From an archaeon (GTDB taxonomy: Archaea; Iainarchaeota; Iainarchaeia; Iainarchaeales; JAAZKV01): a stretch of DNA of 26,876 bases. The translations under genes and the position numbers were made by a program. Below the pieces are notes generated by a model, which was given only the letters and a program-made list of their open reading frames with translations, made no database searches and was not told where the DNA came from. The stretch is taken from assembly GCA_036170245.1 (NCBI GenBank), contig JAVHOV010000041.1, forward strand, positions 1 through 26,876. Direction: 5' to 3'. The number at the start of each line of letters is the position of its first letter. The stretch's first letter is position 1. Positions 25,648-26,876 of this stretch are shown here, piece by piece.

Positions 25648-26802
25648 TTAGTTAGGGAGCTCAATTCCAGTTCTCAATTTAAGATTAAAATTCAAACAAT
25701 CATCTCTACCACAACCAACTTCAGGAGTAGAAATAATTACAATATCATTAACTCCGCCAGTACCACAGTTTTCAGAATCATTAGGTGCTAACCCAGCAGG
25801 ATTTATTCCAGGAATTGCTTGTGCACAATCTAACTGAATAGCTACATCTTTATCTAGTTGATAAACATTATACTGAGAATCATGCAAATATGAAACAGCA
25901 TCATAATAAGTTACACAATAATTATCATAACTTGTTAATTTAATACAAACTCTACTATCCCAACCCTTATCCTTAAAACTCGCAAAAAGGTAACTTTTGC
26001 CACCAGCAGTTTTTATTTCGGCAGTAGACCCGCCAAAAGCCTTGTAAGAATATAATTTTCCAACTGGTGTTATCCAACCATCAACATTAGCAGGATCTTT
26101 AACTACTGGAGTAGCTTCTGCACCAACTGAATAAACATTAAAGCATGTTGAGGGTTCGCTCTTGGCACCAACACAAGGCATAGCAATTAACTGAGCACTA
26201 TAGAACTTTGAACCGTATCTAAAAGTAACATTAGCATCAATACCAGTTTTCCCGCCATCAGAATGAGCCCTAAATTCAGCTGTTCTTTTCAATTCGTAAC
26301 CTTTATAGTTCGCACTAAAATAACTTCCTCTCACATATTCAAAGTATAATTCAGAAGCATCAACTAACTTAGAATCACCTTCTCCAGAAAAACTCTCAAC
26401 ACTTTCAACTAATTCCAAAGCAGAATTTGGCTGAATTGCATAACTTCCAACAAGAGCTATTTTAGTCCAGTCAAGTTTAGCTTCTTCTGTATATCCCTTC
26501 TTTGTTAAATATACTCTCAAATTACCAGCTTGGCTTTCATCAACAACAAACTGAGCACCTGAAACAGAAGGATTCAATTCATAATTAATATCAAGCAAAT
26601 CTTTTCCTTTAAACAATTCATCCATGCTGATTTCTTCTTTTCCGCCAATCAATTTGAAATTCAAAATCTTAACATAATCTAAAACAGATTGACCCTCTTT
26701 AATTGAAAAATTTCGTTTAGCCACTTCTCCAACAGAAAAAGCAACTCCAATAAAAAGAGCTATCAAAAGAATCGAAAAAATTGCAAAATGAATTCTCTTC
26801 AT
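25648..26802 (-). CDS. exported hypothetical protein with an N-terminal signal/anchor and paired Cys
   Basis: MKRIHFAIFSILLIALFIGVAFS signal; TTTATATA box at 26842-26835 supports ATG 26802; no C-terminal TM. Confidence 0.8.
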   Translation of the reverse strand: MKRIHFAIFSILLIALFIGVAFSVGEVAKRNFSIKEGQSVLDYVKILNFKLIGGKEEISMDELFKGKDLLDINYELNPSVSGAQFVVDESQAGNLRVYLTKKGYTEEAKLDWTKIALVGSYAIQPNSALELVESVESFSGEGDSKLVDASELYFEYVRGSYFSANYKGYELKRTAEFRAHSDGGKTGIDANVTFRYGSKFYSAQLIAMPCVGAKSEPSTCFNVYSVGAEATPVVKDPANVDGWITPVGKLYSYKAFGGSTAEIKTAGGKSYLFASFKDKGWDSRVCIKLTSYDNYCVTYYDAVSYLHDSQYNVYQLDKDVAIQLDCAQAIPGINPAGLAPNDSENCGTGGVNDIVIISTPEVGCGRDDCLNFNLKLRTGIELPN

Positions 26803-26876
26803 CAAAAACACTATAATATAGTTAAAAAAAGTTGTATATAAATCCACCTACTATAAAAAATTTGATTAATTCACTG

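Overview
AT-rich archaeal chromosomal segment. Archaeal signals include TATA-type promoters, GGTG(A/G)/GGAGG ribosome-binding sites, Pus10, NucS/EndoMS, an archaeal OB-fold DHH nuclease and a C/D-box sRNA. Gene content and surface-protein style suggest a DPANN archaeon, possibly Iainarchaeota/Diapherotrites (inference). The left two-thirds is housekeeping and scavenging: tRNA-Asn(GTT), two DHH phosphoesterases, a PIG-L-family protein, M18 and M24 peptidases, nucS, prs, pus10, a TraB-family protein, a tRNA-binding protein, a HAD hydrolase, a CDP-alcohol phosphatidyltransferase, a PHP protein, sufS and a YbaK-like protein. The right 7.4 kb holds four exported or surface proteins, three of them in one operon. 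Highlights: (1) an extreme D-x-N excess in the 789-aa surface protein (27 of 49 ectodomain Asp by hand count, about 5 expected), a candidate non-canonical glycosylation or modification sequon; (2) a canonical double-guide C/D-box sRNA at 15020-15078 (-); (3) a shared [AS]-G-h-F + TM + basic-tail C-terminal signature in the three operon proteins, a candidate sorting signal; (4) an adjacent pair of apparent pseudoenzymes (HAD with ExE, DapA-like without the Schiff-base Lys); (5) a 54-aa gene missed by the ORF track and repeated hairpin + T-tract terminators. No CRISPR array, integrase or transposase is visible.
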